A stretch of DNA of 61,806 nt, counting the filler. It is 6 parts of 6 records of this genome, joined end to end, with 100 filler letters (N's around TTAATTAATTAA, not from the genome) between each part and the next. Parts side by side here need not be neighbours in the genome. Positions count along the whole stretch, not along the records: positions 1 to 16,333 come from DRR378314_1832; 5 more parts are not named here. The stretch is one strand, 5' to 3'. Numbering within the stretch: the first letter of the stretch is position 1; the number at the start of each line of letters is the position of its first letter. The notes beneath the pieces were generated by a model. It worked only from the letters and a program-made list of their open reading frames with translations. It was not told where the DNA came from and ran no database searches. Positions 1-11,788 of the stretch are shown in pieces. A program made the position numbers and the translations under genes.

Positions 1-62
1 TTCGCGCGTTTGAAGAAAAACACCGCCAGCAGCGTCCTTGGTTGTTCCGTCAGCCTGCGTAA
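1..62 (+). CDS. leuD: 3-isopropylmalate dehydratase small subunit, C-terminal fragment
   Basis: Frame from nt 3 reads RAFEEKHRQQRPWLFRQPA*, a typical LeuD tail, directly upstream of leuB. Confidence 0.8.
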   Translation, partial: RAFEEKHRQQRPWLFRQPA

Positions 63-104
63 GTGTTCATTCACCTTTAACGTTTGAAATGCTAAGGAAA
101 TTGC

Positions 105-1184
105 ATGACTCATAAGGTATTACTGCTGCCGGGTGATGGTATTGGCCCTGAAATTGCGGCTCAGGCGGCTCGTTTGCTGAAGGCCTGCCAGGAAGCTGGT
201 TTGGATGTCGACGTCGAAGAAGGCCTTGTCGGTGGCTCTGCTTACGATGTTCACGGTGAGCCACTGCCTGCTGAAACCCTTGAAAAAGCCAAGGCAGCCA
301 GTGCTATTTTGCTGGGCGCTGTCGGTGGCCCCAAATGGGACACACTCGAAGACCTTTCCAAGCGTCCTGAAAAAGGCCTGTTAGGTCTGCGGAAAAACTT
401 AGGTTTGTTCGGCAACCTGCGTCCGGCCATGCTTTATCCTCAGTTGGCTAGTGCTTCTAGCTTGAAGCCGGAGTTAGTGGCTGGGCTGGATATTATGATT
501 GTCCGTGAGCTCACCGGTGGCATCTATTTCGGCCAGCCACGTGGCATTGAAGAGCGCAACGGCGAGCGGGTGGGTTTTAACACCTACATCTACTCTGAAA
601 GCGAAATTGAGCGTATTGGTCGCGTCGCCTTTGAAATGGCTCAGAAGCGCGGCAAAAAACTCTGCTCGGTCGATAAAGCCAACGTATTGGAAGTCACTAT
701 TCTGTGGCGTGAAGTGATGGAGCGTTTGGCACCAGATTACCCGGATGTTGAGCTTTCCCATATGTACGTGGATAACGCCGCCATGCAGCTGGTGCGCGCG
801 CCGAAACAGTTTGATGTGGTAGTGACGGGCAACATGTTTGGCGATATTCTTTCCGATGCCGCTGCCATGCTTACCGGCTCTATCGGCATGTTGCCTTCAG
901 CGTCGCTAAACGAGAGTGGACAGGGCATGTACGAGCCTTGCCACGGTAGCGCGCCGGATATCGCTGGGCAGAATATTGCTAACCCGTTAGCGATGATGCT
1001 GTCGGTCGCGATGATGTTACGCTATTCATTGAATGAAACCGCTATGGCTGAGCGCATTGAAGCCGCTGTTGGCAGTGTGTTGGATGATGGCTTGCGTACT
1101 GCTGACATCGCCTCTGAAGGAACGCGCCGTGTCTCTACCGATGAGATGGGTGATGCCGTATTAGCGGCCTTCGCAAAAAATTAA
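105..1184 (+). CDS. leuB: 3-isopropylmalate dehydrogenase
   Basis: [38 protein letters not shown] motifs. Confidence 0.97.
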   Translation: MTHKVLLLPGDGIGPEIAAQAARLLKACQEAGLDVDVEEGLVGGSAYDVHGEPLPAETLEKAKAASAILLGAVGGPKWDTLEDLSKRPEKGLLGLRKNLGLFGNLRPAMLYPQLASASSLKPELVAGLDIMIVRELTGGIYFGQPRGIEERNGERVGFNTYIYSESEIERIGRVAFEMAQKRGKKLCSVDKANVLEVTILWREVMERLAPDYPDVELSHMYVDNAAMQLVRAPKQFDVVVTGNMFGDILSDAAAMLTGSIGMLPSASLNESGQGMYEPCHGSAPDIAGQNIANPLAMMLSVAMMLRYSLNETAMAERIEAAVGSVLDDGLRTADIASEGTRRVSTDEMGDAVLAAFAKN

Positions 1185-1231
1185 ATTATGTATAAAGCGT
1201 GCTAACTAATTGACGCTGAAAGGTATTAACA

Positions 1232-1256
1232 GTCGGCCACCCTAAGGGTGGCCGAC
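1232..1256. terminator. GC-rich hairpin between leuB and asd (weak terminator or stabiliser)
   Basis: GTCGGCCACCC-TAA-GGGTGGCCGAC perfect 11-bp stem; poor U-tract. Confidence 0.45.
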
Positions 1257-1312
1257 GTTGTGTCTAATATTTGTGTATAATATCGCTCTCATTCTTAGTT
1301 GGAGGACTTCAC

Positions 1313-2425
1313 ATGTTGAAAGTCGGTTTCGTGGGATGGCGTGGCATGGTTGGCTCAGTGCTGATGCAGCGCATGCAGGAAGATGGTGATTTTAACGGTA
1401 TTGAACCGGTATTTTTCACCACCTCCCAAGTTGGTCAGCCTGGCCCCGATATCGGCGTGGACGTGCCTCCACTGAAAGATGCGTTTGATATTGATGCGTT
1501 AAAAGCACTGGACGTGGTGGTGACCTGTCAAGGTGGCGACTATACCAAGCCGGTTTATAAAGATTTACGTGAGGCGGGCTGGAAAGGCTACTGGATTGAT
1601 GCGGCCAGCACCCTGCGTATGGAAGACGAAGCGACCATTATTCTGGATCCGGTCAATCGTAAGGTGATCGATAACCAGTTGGCGAAGGGGGCTAAAACTT
1701 TTGTTGGCGGCAACTGCACCGTAAGCCTGATGCTGATGGGGTTGGGTGGCTTGTTCGAAGCAGACATGGTCGAGTGGATGACCTCCATGACGTACCAAGC
1801 AGCTTCCGGTTCAGGCGCCAAGCACATGCGCGAGCTGTTGAACCAGATGGGTCAACTGCGCGACAGCGTAGGCGAAGAGCTTAAAGATACCTCTAGCGCG
1901 ATTCTGGATATCGACCGTAAAGTGACGGCTGCAATGCGTAGTGGTGACTTCCCCACGGATAATTTCGGTGCACCGCTAGCGGGCAGCTTGCTGCCATGGA
2001 TCGATACCAAGCTTGATAACGGCCAAAGCCGTGAAGAGTGGAAGGGCAGCGTTGAGACTAACAAGATCTTAGGTTTGCAAAATAACCCGATCCCCATCGA
2101 TGGCCTTTGTGTGCGCATCGGTGCAATGCGTTCTCACAGCCAAGCGTTCACTATTAAGCTGAAGCAGGATGTGCCGCTTGATGAGATCGAAGATCGTATT
2201 GCTAAGCATAATGAGTGGGTTCAGCTGATCCCGAACGACAAGGACGCTACAGTTGCTGGCCTAACGCCCGCTGCTGCGACTGGCACGCTGCAAGTACCGG
2301 TCGGTCGTCTTCGCAAGCTGAATATGGGCGGCGAATACTTGTCAGCCTTCAGTGTTGGTGACCAGTTGTTATGGGGTGCTGCCGAGCCGCTCAAGCGTAT
2401 GCTGAAGATCTTACGCGAGCAGTAG
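1313..2425 (+). CDS. asd: aspartate-semialdehyde dehydrogenase
   Basis: [40 protein letters not shown] before ATG 1313. Confidence 0.97.
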   Translation: MLKVGFVGWRGMVGSVLMQRMQEDGDFNGIEPVFFTTSQVGQPGPDIGVDVPPLKDAFDIDALKALDVVVTCQGGDYTKPVYKDLREAGWKGYWIDAASTLRMEDEATIILDPVNRKVIDNQLAKGAKTFVGGNCTVSLMLMGLGGLFEADMVEWMTSMTYQAASGSGAKHMRELLNQMGQLRDSVGEELKDTSSAILDIDRKVTAAMRSGDFPTDNFGAPLAGSLLPWIDTKLDNGQSREEWKGSVETNKILGLQNNPIPIDGLCVRIGAMRSHSQAFTIKLKQDVPLDEIEDRIAKHNEWVQLIPNDKDATVAGLTPAAATGTLQVPVGRLRKLNMGGEYLSAFSVGDQLLWGAAEPLKRMLKILREQ

Positions 2426-2455
2426 AGCACGCCACGCTTAAATAAAGGCGTTGAT

Positions 2456-2491
2456 AAAAACGGGAAGCTGTTCGCAGCTTCCCGTTTTTTT
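2456..2491 (+). terminator. Rho-independent terminator after asd
   Basis: AAAAACGGGAAGCTG-TTCG-CAGCTTCCCGTTTTTTT. Confidence 0.85.
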
Positions 2492-2593
2492 ATTCTCTGG
2501 GTGTGGTAAAAAGGAGGCAGAGTGTGATTTTGCTAAGTAAATGTAAGAAAGTGTGGCTTGGCCGCAACCAAATAAAAGGCAGCAGAGGCCTTT

Positions 2594-4165
2594 ATGAGAA
2601 AACAGTTAACAGGGATGTTGGGGCTATCGCTGAGCGCTATTAGCCCGCTGGCAGTGGCGCTTGGGTTGGGCCAGGCAACGGTAAGTTCGCCGTTAGATGC
2701 GCCGCTTGAGGCCACTGTGCCGCTTCAGGAAAGCGAGCGCTTCGCACTGAGTGATTTACGTGTCGACCTGGCAAACGAATCGGCGTTTAGAGCGCTGGGG
2801 TTGGAGTGGACACCCCTTACGGCAAGTATCAGTGTTCAGGTTCAAGAGCAGCCAGCTGGGCATCGACTTTTGCTGCGCTCTTCCCAGGCAGTTCATGAGC
2901 CATGGTTGGATCTACTGTTAACGATTTCTTCGCCAGAAGGGCGGCAGACGCGCGCTTTAACGCTGTTGTTTGATCCACCCGAATACGCGTTAGGTAGCCC
3001 TGTTGACGCCATTGGCTCGGCCGAAGCGACCAGCAGAGCAGCCGCTTCTATGGCATCGGCCGCACGCGATATTGTCTACGTAGCCAGTGGCGATACTCTT
3101 TGGAGCGTTGCCGCAAGGGTGAAGCCAGCCGGTGTAACCATTCAACAAATGATGACGGCGCTCTTAGCCGCTAATCCCGCTGCGTTTCCCACTGGCAATG
3201 TGGATGAACTCCGTGCAGGCCAGACGCTCAATATCCCTACCCGTCAACAGGTTGCGTCACGAACGTCCAGCAATGCTGCCCCGGCGATTCAAGCGATGCG
3301 TCAGCCTGTAGACCGTCAGGTCGAGCCCCAAGAAAAACCTGAAACCCTTAGTGATTCGAGCATGGAGCAGGCGGGCGAGCCAACCATGGAAAGTGTCGAC
3401 CAGGGCACTAATCCATCTCCGCAAACATCCGATACTGTCGCCATCGAACAAGTGCTCGCTGAACAGCTGTTGGAGGGTCAGGATAGGCTGCTAGCGGCGC
3501 TTGACGAGCGCGAAGAAATGCATGATGAGCTAGCTGTGCTGCGTCAAGAGGTGGCGTCGCTAACCCAAGCATTAAGCGCTTCTCAGCGCGAGCTTCAGCA
3601 AGCTCAAGAAATATCAGATGCGCTGGCGGGGAGTGCCGCGCTGATGGCAAACAGCCATACACCTAACGAGATGCCTAACCTGAACCGTTCGCAGAGTGCG
3701 TCAGACACGCTTGTTGAGCGCATTACTGCCTATCAATGGCCGCTTGCTAGTACTGCGTTAGCGCTTTTGTTGGGAGCGCTAGTCTGGTCGCGTAGGCGTC
3801 GTGAACGGCAGTGGGAAGATGTTGCACCCACTTCCTCAGTTTATAACGCTGATACGATGCCAACCGCTACGTCTTCACCTACTACGTCTTCACCTGCTAC
3901 GTCTTCACCTGCTACGTCTTCACCTACTACGTTTTCAACTACCACGCCTTCTTCTACTACTGAGCCACCAGCGCGGGATTCATCAACGGCCGATACAGTG
4001 CCAGCTAACAGTGAGCCAGTACCGATAGTTGAGGCCGAACGGCAGGAGGCGTCTTCACTTCCAGGCGTGGGGCGCAACCAATATGGAGGAAAGAGCGTCG
4101 AGGAACGCTGGGAAGTCGAAGAGGTGGCATTTGAGCCTCGACGTCGGGATAATGGTACACCCTAA
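2594..4165 (+). CDS. fimV: FimV/HubP-like polar landmark protein (signal peptide, LysM, coiled coil, TM, S/T-rich tail)
   Basis: ALGLG after the signal peptide, LysM-like VASGDTLWSVA...QQMMTALLAANPAAF, conserved asd-fimV-truA order. Confidence 0.8.
   Translation: MRKQLTGMLGLSLSAISPLAVALGLGQATVSSPLDAPLEATVPLQESERFALSDLRVDLANESAFRALGLEWTPLTASISVQVQEQPAGHRLLLRSSQAVHEPWLDLLLTISSPEGRQTRALTLLFDPPEYALGSPVDAIGSAEATSRAAASMASAARDIVYVASGDTLWSVAARVKPAGVTIQQMMTALLAANPAAFPTGNVDELRAGQTLNIPTRQQVASRTSSNAAPAIQAMRQPVDRQVEPQEKPETLSDSSMEQAGEPTMESVDQGTNPSPQTSDTVAIEQVLAEQLLEGQDRLLAALDEREEMHDELAVLRQEVASLTQALSASQRELQQAQEISDALAGSAALMANSHTPNEMPNLNRSQSASDTLVERITAYQWPLASTALALLLGALVWSRRRRERQWEDVAPTSSVYNADTMPTATSSPTTSSPATSSPATSSPTTFSTTTPSSTTEPPARDSSTADTVPANSEPVPIVEAERQEASSLPGVGRNQYGGKSVEERWEVEEVAFEPRRRDNGTP
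3866..3955 (+). repeat. 15-bp coding tandem repeat (RCTACGTCTTCACCT; 4 near-perfect plus 2 degenerate units)
   Basis: Visible directly; encodes (A/T)TSSP repeats in FimV. Confidence 0.9.
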
Positions 4166-4189
4166 CTATCTTCTATGTGACGTGGCTTC

Positions 4190-5149
4190 ATGACGCTGTT
4201 TTACCATTTTGACGAAACAAAGCCCCTAACGGGGCGCCTAGCGATGGGCATTGAATATGATGGTACGCGCTTTTGCGGCTTTCAGCGTTTGAAACACGCA
4301 GCTTCGGTTCAGCAAGCGGTGGAAGATGCGCTAGAGAAAGTGGCCAGCGCGCCAGTGCGTATTCATGCCAGTGGTCGAACCGATTCTGGCGTGCATGCCA
4401 CTCGTCAGATCATCCATTTTGACCCGCCTGTTCAGCGTTCTGAAAAAGCCTGGATTTTTGGCAGCAATACCAATCTCCCGAGAGATGTCGCGGTGCGCTG
4501 GGTAAAACCTGTGTCCGATGACTTCCATTCCCGCTTGGGCGCACTTGGGCGTCGTTATCGTTATATTTTGTTGAATCAACTTAGTCGTCCGGTGTTAGAG
4601 CGCCACAACGTAACTTGGTGTCGAGATCCGTTAGATGCCGATGCCATGCATCGGGCTGCGCAGGCTCTGGTAGGCGAGCATGACTTCAGCAGCTTTCGAG
4701 CGGCGGGCTGCCAGTCCAAAACGCCTTGGCGGCAAATGCACTTTGTAGAAGTGAAACGCTATGGGCCAATAGTGGTCATTGATATTCAGGGCAATGCTTT
4801 TTTGCACCACATGATTCGCAATATTGCGGGGGCGCTGGTCAGCGTAGGGCGCGGCTCACAAGATGAAGGGCACATTGCGCGCTTGCTGGCACTGAAGAAT
4901 CGCCGAAAAGGCGATGTCACTGCACCAGCCTGTGGCCTTCATTTCGTAGACTCACTTTATGACGAACGATTTGATCTGCCCAAAGAGCCGTTAGGCCCCA
5001 ACCTGCTCGCATTTACCGGTGAGTGGACCGGGGAGCGTCAGTTACCTGATAATCCGCGCATTGCGGCACGGCGCAAGTTGACGTTTAGGAGTCAGACGCC
5101 TTTAAACCAAGAGTCAGCGCCTTCAGAGCAGCAGGAGACCCCATTATGA
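4190..5149 (+). CDS. truA: tRNA pseudouridine(38-40) synthase
   Basis: GIEYDG, SGRTDSGVHA, GNAFLHHMIRNI. Confidence 0.96.
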   Translation: MTLFYHFDETKPLTGRLAMGIEYDGTRFCGFQRLKHAASVQQAVEDALEKVASAPVRIHASGRTDSGVHATRQIIHFDPPVQRSEKAWIFGSNTNLPRDVAVRWVKPVSDDFHSRLGALGRRYRYILLNQLSRPVLERHNVTWCRDPLDADAMHRAAQALVGEHDFSSFRAAGCQSKTPWRQMHFVEVKRYGPIVVIDIQGNAFLHHMIRNIAGALVSVGRGSQDEGHIARLLALKNRRKGDVTAPACGLHFVDSLYDERFDLPKEPLGPNLLAFTGEWTGERQLPDNPRIAARRKLTFRSQTPLNQESAPSEQQETPL

Positions 5150-5781
5150 ACGCGCGTTCTGGTCGTACGCGGATTAAATTCTGTGGCTTAACTCGCCATG
5201 AGGACGTCGCGCTGGCAGCATCGCTGGGTGTGGACGCGCTTGGCTTCGTGATGTGGCCTAAGAGCGCCCGCAGCATAACGCCTGCTGTGCTGGAAGAGTT
5301 GGCAGTGGAAGTACCTGCCTTTGTGACGCGAGTGGGATTGTTTGTTAATCAGCCCGCTGAATTCATTGAGCAGTGCTTACCTTACTTGGATTTAATTCAG
5401 TTTCATGGTGATGAGCCAGCCTCGTTCTGTCAGCAGTTTGGACGGCCTTGGATTAAAGCACTGCGCATGCGTGATGATATCGACCTGCATCAGGCGGCGG
5501 CTGACTACTCGCTTGCACAGGCGCTACTATTAGATGCCTATCGACCTGGTATCCCAGGGGGAACGGGAGAGACGTTTGATTGGTCTAGAATCCCCGCAAC
5601 CTTAGAAAAACCTGTTATCCTGGCTGGTGGGTTAACGGCTGATAATGTGGCTTCTGCGGTTAACCAAGTAATGCCTTATGCTATTGATGTCTCTGGTGGT
5701 ATAGAAATATCTCATGGCATAAAAGATGCCGAGTTAATGGCATCTTTTGTTCAAAATGTGGCGTTAGCCAGCGCCCATTAA
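5146..5781 (+). CDS. trpF: phosphoribosylanthranilate isomerase
   Basis: IKFCGLT, QFHGDE, GGTGETFDW, LAGGL, DVSGGIE; ATGA overlap with truA. Confidence 0.96.
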   Translation: MNARSGRTRIKFCGLTRHEDVALAASLGVDALGFVMWPKSARSITPAVLEELAVEVPAFVTRVGLFVNQPAEFIEQCLPYLDLIQFHGDEPASFCQQFGRPWIKALRMRDDIDLHQAAADYSLAQALLLDAYRPGIPGGTGETFDWSRIPATLEKPVILAGGLTADNVASAVNQVMPYAIDVSGGIEISHGIKDAELMASFVQNVALASAH

Positions 5782-5867
5782 GCTCATTGCGTAGCGTACC
5801 CAACAGTGTGACTACGCCTCATTGTTAGTTCATTTATTGTTTGCCTGTTCTGGCGATCTTGTGAGGT

Positions 5868-7106
5868 ATGCCTGTGACTGTCTCAGCGACTGAAACCAAG
5901 TTCAGCGACCTGACCCGAATGCCGGATGCCCGTGGTCATTTTGGCCCCTACGGCGGCCGGTTTGTGTCGGAAACCCTGAGCTTTGCCCTGGAAGAGTTAG
6001 AGCAGACCTATTTGAGTCTGCGTGATGATCCCGATTTCCAGGCTGAGTTTGACCGTGATCTTGCCCATTATGTGGGGCGTCCTTCGCCGCTTTACCATGC
6101 AGAGCGTTGGTCACAGTCGCTAGGTGGCGCGCAAATTTGGTTGAAGCGTGAAGACTTAAATCACACCGGTGCTCATAAGGTTAATAACACCATTGGCCAA
6201 GCGCTATTAGCCAAAAAAACCGGCAAGCCCAGGGTTATTGCTGAAACCGGAGCAGGCCAGCACGGTGTTGCTACGGCGACTGTGGCAGCTCGCTTAGGCC
6301 TGGAGTGTGACGTTTATATGGGGGCGGCAGACGTTCAGCGCCAGAAGCTGAACGTTTATCGTATGCGCCTATTGGGCGCGCGCGTAATCCCGGTCGAATC
6401 AGGCACTCGTACGCTTAAAGACGCAATGAATGAAGCCTTGCGTGACTGGGTCACCAACGTTGATAACACGTTCTACATTATTGGCACTGTGGCGGGTCCG
6501 CACCCTTATCCGCAGTTGGTGCGTGATTTCAACTCGGTCGTGGGGCGTGAAGCTCGCCAACAGTCATTAGCGCAAATAGGGCGCCTGCCAGATGCGCTGA
6601 TTGCCTGTGTGGGCGGTGGTTCCAACGCTTTGGGCCTATTCTATCCCTTCGTCGAAGATGATGCGGTGGCGATGTACGGTGTCGAAGCCGGTGGCGATGG
6701 TATCGAAACAGGCCGACATGCCGCGCCGCTTTCGACCAATGCGCCGCGTGGTGTTTTGCATGGCAACCGAACTTACTTGATGTCTGACGAAGCGGGACAA
6801 GTGTCAGACACGCACTCGATTTCTGCTGGCCTCGACTACCCAGGGGTTGGGCCTGAACACGCGCTATGGAAAGATGTTGGGCGAGTTAACTACGTAGCCG
6901 CAAACGATAAAGAAGTGCTGGAAGCGTTTCGTGAACTGACGCACATGGAAGGGATTATGCCAGCATTGGAATCCGCCCATGCGCTTGCTCATGCGAAGGT
7001 GCTGGCACCGACCATGCGCCCTGACCAACATATCGTGGTCAACCTTTCTGGTCGTGGTGATAAAGATATCATGACCGTTGCGAACATCGATGGCATTGAG
7101 TTTTAA
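5868..7106 (+). CDS. trpB: tryptophan synthase beta subunit
   Basis: [37 protein letters not shown]. Confidence 0.98.
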   Translation: MPVTVSATETKFSDLTRMPDARGHFGPYGGRFVSETLSFALEELEQTYLSLRDDPDFQAEFDRDLAHYVGRPSPLYHAERWSQSLGGAQIWLKREDLNHTGAHKVNNTIGQALLAKKTGKPRVIAETGAGQHGVATATVAARLGLECDVYMGAADVQRQKLNVYRMRLLGARVIPVESGTRTLKDAMNEALRDWVTNVDNTFYIIGTVAGPHPYPQLVRDFNSVVGREARQQSLAQIGRLPDALIACVGGGSNALGLFYPFVEDDAVAMYGVEAGGDGIETGRHAAPLSTNAPRGVLHGNRTYLMSDEAGQVSDTHSISAGLDYPGVGPEHALWKDVGRVNYVAANDKEVLEAFRELTHMEGIMPALESAHALAHAKVLAPTMRPDQHIVVNLSGRGDKDIMTVANIDGIEF

Positions 7107-7114
7107 GGGCTAGC

Positions 7115-7918
7115 ATGAACCGTATTGACCAGCGTTTTTCCGAATTAAAAGAGCAGGGTCGTAAGGCCCTGATTCCTTATATTACCGCCGGCGACCCTGC
7201 GCCTCAGTACACTGTGGGCTTTATGCATGCCCTGGTAGAGGCGGGGGCTGATATTATTGAGCTTGGCGTGCCGTTTTCAGACCCAATGGCCGATGGCCCG
7301 GTGATTCAAAAGGCCTGTGAGCGAGCGCTTAAGCAGGGCACTCGCTTGGTTGATCTGCTGGATATGGTCGCTGAGTTCCGCCAAGTGGATGCTAAAACGC
7401 CTATCGTGTTGATGGGGTATCTCAATCCGATAGAGCGGATTGGCTATGAAACGTTTGCTGATAAAGCGGCAAGCGTTGGCGTCGATGGCGTGCTCGTGGT
7501 AGATATGCCGCCTGAAGAGGCTGATGAGCTTGGCCCGCTGTTAAAAGCTCGCGATTTAGCAGCGATTTTCTTGGTTGCGCCTACCACTTCCAATGCTCGT
7601 GCCGCTACAATATGCGCCCACGGTGAGGGCTATCTCTATTATGTTTCGCTTAAGGGCGTTACCGGTGCTGCTACACTCAATGCTGACGATGTGGCAGAGC
7701 ATCTCGCGCCCTTGCGCGAAATGACCGATTTGCCATTATGTGTTGGCTTCGGTATCCGCGATGGTGTGACCGCCGCTGAAGTGGCGAAAGTCGCTGATGG
7801 TGTGATTGTTGGCAGTGCGCTAGTGAACCGTATTGCAGAGAGCGTTGACGCACCTGAAACCATTGCTGGTCAGCTTAAAAGCGTGTTGGGCGACATGCGC
7901 ACCGCGATGGATGCCTAA
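7115..7918 (+). CDS. trpA: tryptophan synthase alpha subunit
   Basis: [30 protein letters not shown]. Confidence 0.98.
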   Translation: MNRIDQRFSELKEQGRKALIPYITAGDPAPQYTVGFMHALVEAGADIIELGVPFSDPMADGPVIQKACERALKQGTRLVDLLDMVAEFRQVDAKTPIVLMGYLNPIERIGYETFADKAASVGVDGVLVVDMPPEEADELGPLLKARDLAAIFLVAPTTSNARAATICAHGEGYLYYVSLKGVTGAATLNADDVAEHLAPLREMTDLPLCVGFGIRDGVTAAEVAKVADGVIVGSALVNRIAESVDAPETIAGQLKSVLGDMRTAMDA

Positions 7919-8008
7919 GCGCATTCCCTCATCGTCTACACTGAATTGATTGACGACACTCATCAAGCTTGGCGTTGCTAAGCATGACGTATACGGAAAC
8001 TTTTTGAT

Positions 8009-9028
8009 ATGAGCTGGTTAGACAAGATTGTGCCCTCCATGGGGCGTATCCAGCGTAAAGACCGTCGCGCCAGCGTGCCCGATGGCCTCTGGCGTAAATG
8101 TCCCAAGTGCGAAGCGGTTCTCTATCTCCCTGAGCTTGAGAAGCACCACAGCGTCTGCCCCAAGTGCGACCACCATTTACGGTTGACCGCGCGTAAACGT
8201 TTGGACTGGTTTTTGGATAAAGAGAATCGCCAAGAGATTGCGGCTGAGATTGAGCCTAATGATCGCTTGAAATTTCGCGACTCTAAAAAATACAAAGATC
8301 GCTTAACGGCTGCCCAAAAAGAGACCGGTGAAAAAGATGCGCTGGTTGCTATGCGTGGCGAGCTAGACGGGCTTCCGGTTGTAGCTGTTGCGTTTGAATT
8401 TACCTTCATGGGTGGCTCAATGGGGGCGGTTGTGGGCGAGAAGTTTGTCCGCGCGGCAACCATTGCCCTTGAAGAGCGGCTTCCGCTGATCTGCTTTGCC
8501 GCTTCTGGTGGGGCACGGATGCAAGAAGCACTGTTTTCACTCATGCAGATGGCCAAAACCTCGGCAGCGCTTGAAAAGCTTAAGCAGTCGGGTGTGCCTT
8601 ACATTTCTGTGCTGACAGATCCAGTGTTTGGCGGGGTATCCGCGTCGCTAGCGATGCTGGGCGATCTAAATATCGCCGAGCCCAATGCCTTGATTGGCTT
8701 TGCTGGCCCGCGCGTTATTGAGCAAACCGTCCGTGAAACGCTGCCGGAAGGTTTTCAGCGCAGTGAATTTCTGCTGGAACACGGCACCGTAGATATGATT
8801 GTGCATCGTCATGATATGCGTGCTCGTGTTGGTGGTGTGCTGCGTAAGCTGACGCATAATATCGCGCTGCCTAGCGAAGGTGATGTCAGTGACGACGCAT
8901 CGATTGACGAGCCGTTGGTTGATGAAGCGCCAATAGCCGATGCTGTAGATGCAACAGACGTTGATACGCCTGAAACGCATAGCGAAGCCAGCACCGTTAA
9001 GAGCGACGATTCGACCCGCAATGTCTAA
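8009..9028 (+). CDS. accD: acetyl-CoA carboxylase carboxyltransferase beta subunit, with acidic C-terminal tail
   Basis: Zn finger CPKC...[24 protein letters not shown]. Confidence 0.97.
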   Translation: MSWLDKIVPSMGRIQRKDRRASVPDGLWRKCPKCEAVLYLPELEKHHSVCPKCDHHLRLTARKRLDWFLDKENRQEIAAEIEPNDRLKFRDSKKYKDRLTAAQKETGEKDALVAMRGELDGLPVVAVAFEFTFMGGSMGAVVGEKFVRAATIALEERLPLICFAASGGARMQEALFSLMQMAKTSAALEKLKQSGVPYISVLTDPVFGGVSASLAMLGDLNIAEPNALIGFAGPRVIEQTVRETLPEGFQRSEFLLEHGTVDMIVHRHDMRARVGGVLRKLTHNIALPSEGDVSDDASIDEPLVDEAPIADAVDATDVDTPETHSEASTVKSDDSTRNV

Positions 9029-10355
9029 GTCTATAGCCCCTGAATCTTTAGCTTCTGACGCTTTAACTCCTGGGTCTTTAGCCGAATGGCTGCACTACCT
9101 TGAAACCCTGCACCCTGTAGGGATTGATATGGGGCTTGAGCGCGTAGCAGAAGTTGCCAAGCGCATGGGGTTGCTAAGTCGACCGATTGCAACACAGGTG
9201 ATTACGGTGGCGGGTACGAATGGCAAGGGGTCAACCCTTGCCATGATGGATGCTGTCGCACGCACGCACGGTTTGCGGGTAGGTACTTATACTTCGCCCC
9301 ATCTAGTGCGCTATAACGAGCGCGTGACGATCAATGGTGACTATGCTGACGACCAGCGGCTAATGACTGGTTTCTCTCGCGTAGAGGAAGCTAGGCTACA
9401 AACGCCTGAAATTAGCTTAACCTATTTTGAGGCGGGAACGCTGTGCGCCCTCTGGTGCCTAGCACAGGAAAACCTCGACTTAGCGCTGCTCGAAGTTGGT
9501 CTGGGTGGGCGATTGGATGCCGTCAATATCATTGATGCAGACGTTGCTATTGTCACCACCATTGCTCAGGATCATGCCAATTTTTTGGGGTCTGATATTG
9601 CCCAAATTGGCCGGGAAAAAGCCGGCATCTTTCGTGCTGCAAAACCCGCCGTATTGGGCAGTCGACTGCTTCCCAGCAGTGTAGCAGAGGCTGCTGATGC
9701 GATTGCCGCTCCTGTTTACTGTCTTGGTGAGGCGTTTAGCCACTCAATTGCTGATGACTCTGCCGCTGATAGCCTGTCTGAATGGAGCTGGAGTGGACTG
9801 AGCTGCCAGGGAGAGGTTATTTCTCTGACAGACCTTCCTGATCCCGGTTTGCCGATTGATAATGCAGCAACGGCTCTCCAAGCATTGATACTTAGCGGAT
9901 TAGCGGTGAATGCAGACGCATGCCGTCGTGCGCTTCATGAGGTGCAAGTGCCAGGACGTATGCAGTGGATAGGGCAGTGGTGCTTGGATGTCGGGCATAA
10001 TCCTCATGCAGCCGATTATGTCGCTAGGCGACTCCCATCGGTGCCTGAAGGTGGCCGGCAGTGGGCGTTGATCGGCATGCTAAATGATAAAGACGCTGAT
10101 GGTGTTATTAGCGCTTTGCTACCCCGCATTACTGACTGGGTATGCGTGACGTTGGAGGGTGAGCGTGGTCGGTCAGCTGCCGAATTGGCGGCGCGTATCA
10201 CATCTCTGGGTGGGCGTGTACATCGTTGCGCCAGTTCCCCAGAGGCTGGAGTGCAGATAATGGCTGAGCAGTTGGCACCCTCCGACCGGGTGTTAGTTAC
10301 CGGCTCGTTTTTTACAGTTGCGGCCTTGTTGGAAATAACACTGCCGCAAGCTTAA
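9021..10355 (+). CDS. folC: dihydrofolate/folylpolyglutamate synthase
   Basis: [29 protein letters not shown]; start ATG 9021 overlapping the accD end. Confidence 0.95.
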   Translation: MSKSIAPESLASDALTPGSLAEWLHYLETLHPVGIDMGLERVAEVAKRMGLLSRPIATQVITVAGTNGKGSTLAMMDAVARTHGLRVGTYTSPHLVRYNERVTINGDYADDQRLMTGFSRVEEARLQTPEISLTYFEAGTLCALWCLAQENLDLALLEVGLGGRLDAVNIIDADVAIVTTIAQDHANFLGSDIAQIGREKAGIFRAAKPAVLGSRLLPSSVAEAADAIAAPVYCLGEAFSHSIADDSAADSLSEWSWSGLSCQGEVISLTDLPDPGLPIDNAATALQALILSGLAVNADACRRALHEVQVPGRMQWIGQWCLDVGHNPHAADYVARRLPSVPEGGRQWALIGMLNDKDADGVISALLPRITDWVCVTLEGERGRSAAELAARITSLGGRVHRCASSPEAGVQIMAEQLAPSDRVLVTGSFFTVAALLEITLPQA

Positions 10356-10397
10356 TCGGCCTAACCGTTGTGCTCGCTAAGCTTGATGGAGAGGGAT

Positions 10398-11027
10398 ATG
10401 AAATACGGTAAAACGGAACGCATCAGTGGTATTGTCATTTTACTCGCGTTGCTGGCGATTTTCGTGCCGTGGTTGATGAGTGATCCTGCTCCCCGAGAAG
10501 AGCGCCCTCAGCCTACGTTTGTTATTGAACGGCCTGTTGAGGCAACACAGCAAGATGTTCCGGTTCCGCAAATGCCGTCATCTATCAACACGTCCTCAAG
10601 TGAAGGTCGTTCTGTAGATAGCGCGACCAATAGTGTGCCAATTGATGCCAATCCAAGGCAGCCACAAACCGATCAAGCCAGTAGTTCTAATGCTCAGAGT
10701 GCTGGAGCAGATGATCCAATTGCTGAGTTAATGGCTGCCAATAACCGTAATAATGCAACTACATCATCGAATGCTGCTGGCCCAACATCTTCTTCCCAAG
10801 GCGAGTGGGCCGTTCAAGTGGGCAGCTTTGGTGATGCGGGTAACGCAAGGCGACTAAGCGATCAGCTTACTCAGGCGGGGTTTAGCGCCTACCTACGTGA
10901 GCGCGATAATAACCTTACCTCTGTTTATGTTGGCCCTTATGCGACGTCTGAAGACGGCGAGTCTGCGATGGCGATTATTAAACAGCGTGCCAATGTACAG
11001 GGCCTGTTAGTGCGAGTGAGAAATTAA
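10398..11027 (+). CDS. dedD: SPOR-domain cell division protein
   Basis: N-terminal TM, low-complexity linker, SPOR (WAVQVGSF...VYVGPY); folC-dedD-cvpA-purF order. Confidence 0.85.
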   Translation: MKYGKTERISGIVILLALLAIFVPWLMSDPAPREERPQPTFVIERPVEATQQDVPVPQMPSSINTSSSEGRSVDSATNSVPIDANPRQPQTDQASSSNAQSAGADDPIAELMAANNRNNATTSSNAAGPTSSSQGEWAVQVGSFGDAGNARRLSDQLTQAGFSAYLRERDNNLTSVYVGPYATSEDGESAMAIIKQRANVQGLLVRVRN

Positions 11028-11030
11028 CTT

Positions 11031-11621
11031 ATGGCACTTACTTGGATAGACGCGCTTTTCCTGGCGGTGCTAGCACTTTCCATGCTGGCCGGCTTTATGC
11101 GCGGATTTGTCAGGGAAGCTCTTGGGCTGGCCGCATGGGTAGTCGCATTGTTGGTAGCGCGCGTCTTGGCAGAGCCGGTAGCAGATCTAATGAGCGGGTT
11201 CATCGACAGTTTCGATGCGCGCTTAGTGTTGGCATTTATTTTAGTGATTTTTGCAGTCATTTTACTTTGCGGGATTGTGATCCGCCTTGTTCATGCGGCG
11301 GTAGAGTGGGTCGGTATGGGGTTGCTTAACCGTTTTGCCGGTGCTGCTTTTGGGCTTGCTCGTGGCGCTGTCATTTTATTGGTGGCAACCGTCCTTATTA
11401 CACTAACGCCCTTGGCTGAGTTACAGGCTTGGCAAGAAGCTGAGCTACGGCCGACGTTTATTGAGCTGCGCGATTGGGCGGTAAGCCAGTTAGATCAATG
11501 GGAACGGGAGCTACCGCAAGCACCTGACTCGCTCCGCGATATTTCGTTGCCAGATTTCGGCGCTCAGGAAGAGCCAGTTCCACAGTCTTTTACGCCAACA
11601 TCTGAAAATGGTGGCCAGTGA
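11031..11621 (+). CDS. cvpA: colicin V production protein CvpA family
   Basis: WIDALFL...GFMRGFVREAL, multi-TM, upstream of purF. Confidence 0.93.
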   Translation: MALTWIDALFLAVLALSMLAGFMRGFVREALGLAAWVVALLVARVLAEPVADLMSGFIDSFDARLVLAFILVIFAVILLCGIVIRLVHAAVEWVGMGLLNRFAGAAFGLARGAVILLVATVLITLTPLAELQAWQEAELRPTFIELRDWAVSQLDQWERELPQAPDSLRDISLPDFGAQEEPVPQSFTPTSENGGQ

Positions 11622-11788
11622 GTGCGCTGTTTAATGATGGCGCGACGTGATGTTTAGTTAGTAATACAGTTAGCTGCTGTCTACCAATGCCCGCTTTTGC
11701 GACCGAGAAATAGGCAGTGGCTTACATTCGTTTGATGAACGTACGGGTTTGCTACGGTGAACCATGGCACTAAAGCGAGGTAACTTGA

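Noticed and set aside
5782..5867. Possible trp attenuator before trpB
   Set aside because: One weak hairpin, no Trp-codon leader peptide or terminator
11622..11788. 167-nt cvpA-purF spacer as a possible riboswitch or purine regulatory leader
   Set aside because: No recognisable aptamer, PurR box or convincing stable structure by eye
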